A stretch of 64,000 nt of DNA from the NCBI GenBank assembly GCA_024704765.1, contig JAKMXF010000307.1:124001-188000 (forward strand). Direction: 5' to 3'. How positions within the stretch are numbered: position 1 is the first letter of the stretch; each line of letters starts with the position of its first letter. Both the position numbers and the translations under genes were made by a program. This document shows positions 60,558-64,000 of this stretch, piece after piece. The notes beneath the pieces were generated by a model. The model was not told the origin of the DNA, did no database searches, and saw only the letters and a list, made by a program, of their open reading frames with translations. Source of the stretch: Oopsacas minuta. Its lineage: Eukaryota; Animalia; Porifera.

Positions 60558-63500
60558 CAAGGCAGCTTTGACATTGGATTTCTTTGCAGAAAATGATATA
60601 AAATTGATACCACATCCAACATATTCCCCAAATTTGGCGCCATGAGACTCCTTCTTTTTCCCTAAACTGAAAAGAAGATCAAAGGGGTTCATTTCAATAG
60701 TGCAGAAGAGGCAAGACTGGCTTATAATGAGGGCCTCCAAGACCTAACAAAAGAAGACTGGGAAAATTGTTTTGAAAGTTGATTTAGAAGGATGGATTTA
60801 TGCATACAATCATCTGGTATATGCTTCGAGAAACCATAAAACCATAATCCATTTCCTACTGTTCCTTCATATAGATTCAAATAACTTTTTGGACTATCCT
60901 CATAGCAATAATATCTGAATAATTATGTAGGGAAGGTTGAACTGACAAGATCTAAAGTTGGAAATGATTGATGTCTGAAGAAGTAGAAGTAGAACCAATA
61001 GACTCATTAATGGAAAGTTGTTCTGTTGAATTCTGGCTAGAAAATAATTGTAATAACCTTGATAATTTGATACGTCTTCCACTTTCGAGAATTTGACAAT
61101 GCTAATATGGTTCCGAATATCGGACACCATTCTGTATAAACCAAAATTGTGGTCGAGTGGATCATTTTGTAGGAAAGAAGTGAGAACATAAGTAAAATCA
61201 TAATCTTATATTAGGTGGTTAATTATAGCAGTTATAGCGATATAAGAATGGCGAAAGCTTATTAAAGTTTGAGTTCCTGTTTTTGTGGCAAGGTTTTCCA
61301 TTTATCAAGTCATTCAATAACTCTTGACAGATATTTCAGTCTTGAGTCATTCAAGACGAAAGAATGAGAAAATTCGCCATTCAGGTGAATACCCTTACAA
61401 GGGTACTTAACATTAAACCTTTTACGGTACAACAAACTTTGAGAGCAGAGGCAGTAGAATTATCAAAACCCTCATTGCCAATTTGATATCCTGCTGTTAA
61501 TCGGAGAGCCAATTTTGCTAGAGACCTTTGATCAGCTTGTAAATAACTCGAATTATTTCGAAAGAAGCAGAAAGAATGAGAGAAATTCTTCAAAGCTCAG
61601 AAAACAATGTACAATAAGTTTCTTACTAATTTAGCCAATTGTTCAGAATAGATTTCAGCATATGCACAATAACAAATAGTAAGATTAAAATTCTATTTGG
61701 ATCAAGAATATGGGGAACAATGGGCTCCAGATATGCGCTGGTGAAAGATCTCGAGGACGTTTACGTTCATAGGATAGTTATCTGTACATATAATTTTAAC
61801 ATACAATCCACAACGCACGATATCTTCAATCACTTGCTTGATAACAGGGAATATATCCATTGCAGATGTATTTGAACATGGTAGTAGACGAACGATGGTT
61901 GATCATCTTTTAGATAAGCTAGAAACCATAAAAGCAAATATAGTTTGGCTGGCTTCCACCTTTATTGGTGAATTATGATTTCACATTTCGTTCTATTTGG
62001 TTGAAATCAGAGGTAGCCTTTTCCAAAAATGTAATATATTTACCATCCAGACCAAATTTTATATATAAACGCTGAAGTGTTGTGTAATATGGAAGAGAAG
62101 TGAATCAAGAGATTGCAAATAATGGTAGCACGCCGGAGAGATAAGTTGGCACTTGAGTGCTATTACAATAGTTCCAATGTTGAGGCGTGGTAACTTTCGG
62201 AAGAAACAATTATTCAACTGACATATAATACATTGGAGGAAAGATAGTAGTTGATTATACTCTTGACATTCAACTAGTATTGCCTGTGAATTCGACAACT
62301 TATTTACTGTTAGACGCAATTATTTGGTCACTTGAACTATCTGTTGGTTAAATGTAGGGGTTTATAATTCCTGTCTATTATGGTTTTCAATACCGATAGA
62401 TGATATCTCTTCTAGCAAGTTGTCAATAGCCAGAATATCAGTAATCTGCTTTATGTATTTGTTGTTGTAGAAGCCCTTTGTAGATAAAGAATCATTGATC
62501 GAGAGAGAACGTTCAATATTGTGAGCACCAGTGACATCCGATATAGGAGGTTGAATTAAATGGAGTTGATTTTCATCAGTAGACTAAAGTATTCACTGCT
62601 TTGGAAGAGATACACGAACAAGCTTAGATTGTAAATTTTCAAATCCAAGTACTTGAAATTTCTGTCCATCAATATTTTCTGCTCCATACTCAGTTCCATC
62701 CCAAGAGCCCGCCATAGTTGCTCCTACAACCAGGAACAGACTATTTATTTGGCATTGAGACAGAAAAGTGTGATGGATATCGAATTTGAACAAAAGAAAC
62801 AATTAAATCAGTAGCGGTCCCAAAGGGAGGGGGCAAACGGGGCATTCCCCTCGGATTTGAAAAACTTGGCCCAGTGGCCAAAATTCTGGGAACATCCCTG
62901 AATTCAGTACGAAAATAGATAGGACATATATGAATTAGACAAAATGGAAGAGTAATAAGGTGAGAAACATGCAATATTGAGGAAATATACTGAGAGAGTA
63001 TCAATAAAACGATCTAAATCGTAATAAGATCCAGGTACTAATACTATTAAAGAATATATAAAGTTATGGTATTAATATAATAGCCTTCCTTGATCCCATG
63101 TTCCCAGTTCACTAAGTTGGTGCAATAGGCCTTATTTAACGTAGGTCACGGCTGGAACAATATTCAAGGGTCCCTATCCACTATAACAATGGAAATACCA
63201 TGGGCAACAACTTCAACAGTGCCTCAAAATTGGCTGTAATGACATCCAAGGCAAAAATGTATCTGGACAAAACGCGTATGGACTGAAAGTTTGGATAAAT
63301 GTCGTTTGGAACAGTTGAAACTAGTTTTGACAGCAAACGCACTTTGACGGCGAATTTCAACTATATTCAATAAATTTGTTAACTAGTAATCAAGTAAGAA
63401 TTGAGTTGTTATAGTAAACAAAATTGAATTCGAATACGAATACCTACATTAAAATGATATTTACAAAATAATGGTACAAGCAAAAATATATTACTTAGTC

Positions 63501-64000
63501 ATACAATATTGACCAAATGTTTAACTATATTTTCTCAAATGAAAACATAGTTAAATAAGCCAAACTAATCAAAAAAGCACCTTCTCTTTCTCCATTGTTC
63601 CCGCTCTTAATTAAATTAAGGGAACGGCGTGACAGGTGAGTAGGACCAAATACCTATAGATGCATATTAGTATGGTAGTTGTTATGCATAAATCAAAACA
63701 ATCTGACTATAATAAATAATGCAATTTTCCCCATATGATTTGGCATAGTAAGGAAATCTTTCCTCATTCTTTTGTTTGATGATCGAAATTCGAGATCCTT
63801 TGTTACATCAGGGTCTCAACGAGTTCTATCACCGTGAATACTGCGATTTTACCATAATGAAAGGGTTGGGGGTGTAACATTATATAATTGTAACATTAAT
63901 TAACCTATCAACTACCACTTGACTCTCTCCAGCTGACCAGTATAAATAACATTTTCTTGCGAAGATTCTTAAATTTGTGTCTAATTTATCAAACAGCAAC

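Larger units (their letters stand above)
56477..60902 (+). mobile_element. mariner element split by RAG1-like element B
   Basis: TA|cgagggccgtccaaaag ... ctttttggactatcctca|TA. Contains ITGDTIW, HHDKASAHR|AALTLDF (restored on removing B) and PHPTYSPNLAP. Confidence 0.85.
56330..62400 (-). mobile_element. Second P-element-like remnant, split by the mariner 56477-60902; boundaries approximate
   Basis: Minus-strand fragments SQTIFAFMVSSL..IVRLLPC..CTDNYPMNV, PHILDPNRIL...VHMLKSILNNW (61600-61960), and AAAFIAGYIIHSYFKKSNRC just beyond the mariner (~56400-56460). Confidence 0.65.

Noticed and set aside
62808-62900. GC-rich cagtagcggtcccaaagggagggggc... resembling a hAT end (similar patches at ~27925, ~35870)
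   Set aside because: No partner TIR or TSD was located; at most these are isolated end remnants.
1-64000. CRISPR arrays, rRNA/tRNA genes, prokaryotic operons
   Set aside because: No regularly spaced repeats or structured-RNA signatures were seen. The DNA is eukaryotic (spliceosomal introns, eukaryotic transposon superfamilies).

Overview
AT-rich eukaryotic (animal-like) genomic DNA that is almost entirely nested, mostly decayed cut-and-paste DNA transposons: Tc1/mariner/maT, Chapaev3, hAT, P/THAP, plus probable MULE and Academ remnants. The only host gene I can support is a minus-strand CAMK-group (Trio/obscurin/MLCK-like) kinase. Two consecutive exons of it (32459-32768 and 8041-8394) splice in frame across a 24,064-nt transposon-filled intron. 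The outstanding feature is three complete RAG1-like (Transib/RAG1L-type) transposons from two families, at 2100-5202 (+), 37111-40420 (+) and 57464-60557 (-). Each has the V(D)J RSS heptamer CACAGTG at both ends, a 5-bp TSD and a frameshifted RAG1-core transposase with an NBD-like region, DDE triad and Zn-binding CxxC/HxxxxH. All six ends carry a second 9-bp motif (RRRRAATAG-like) 10 nt from the heptamer at the 5' end and 19 nt from it at the 3' end, an apparent '10/19' analogue of the 12/23 rule. One family also has a RAG1L-type C-terminal Cys/His tail and an intron. No RAG2-like gene is present. All homology calls come from motif recognition by eye; no database search was run.
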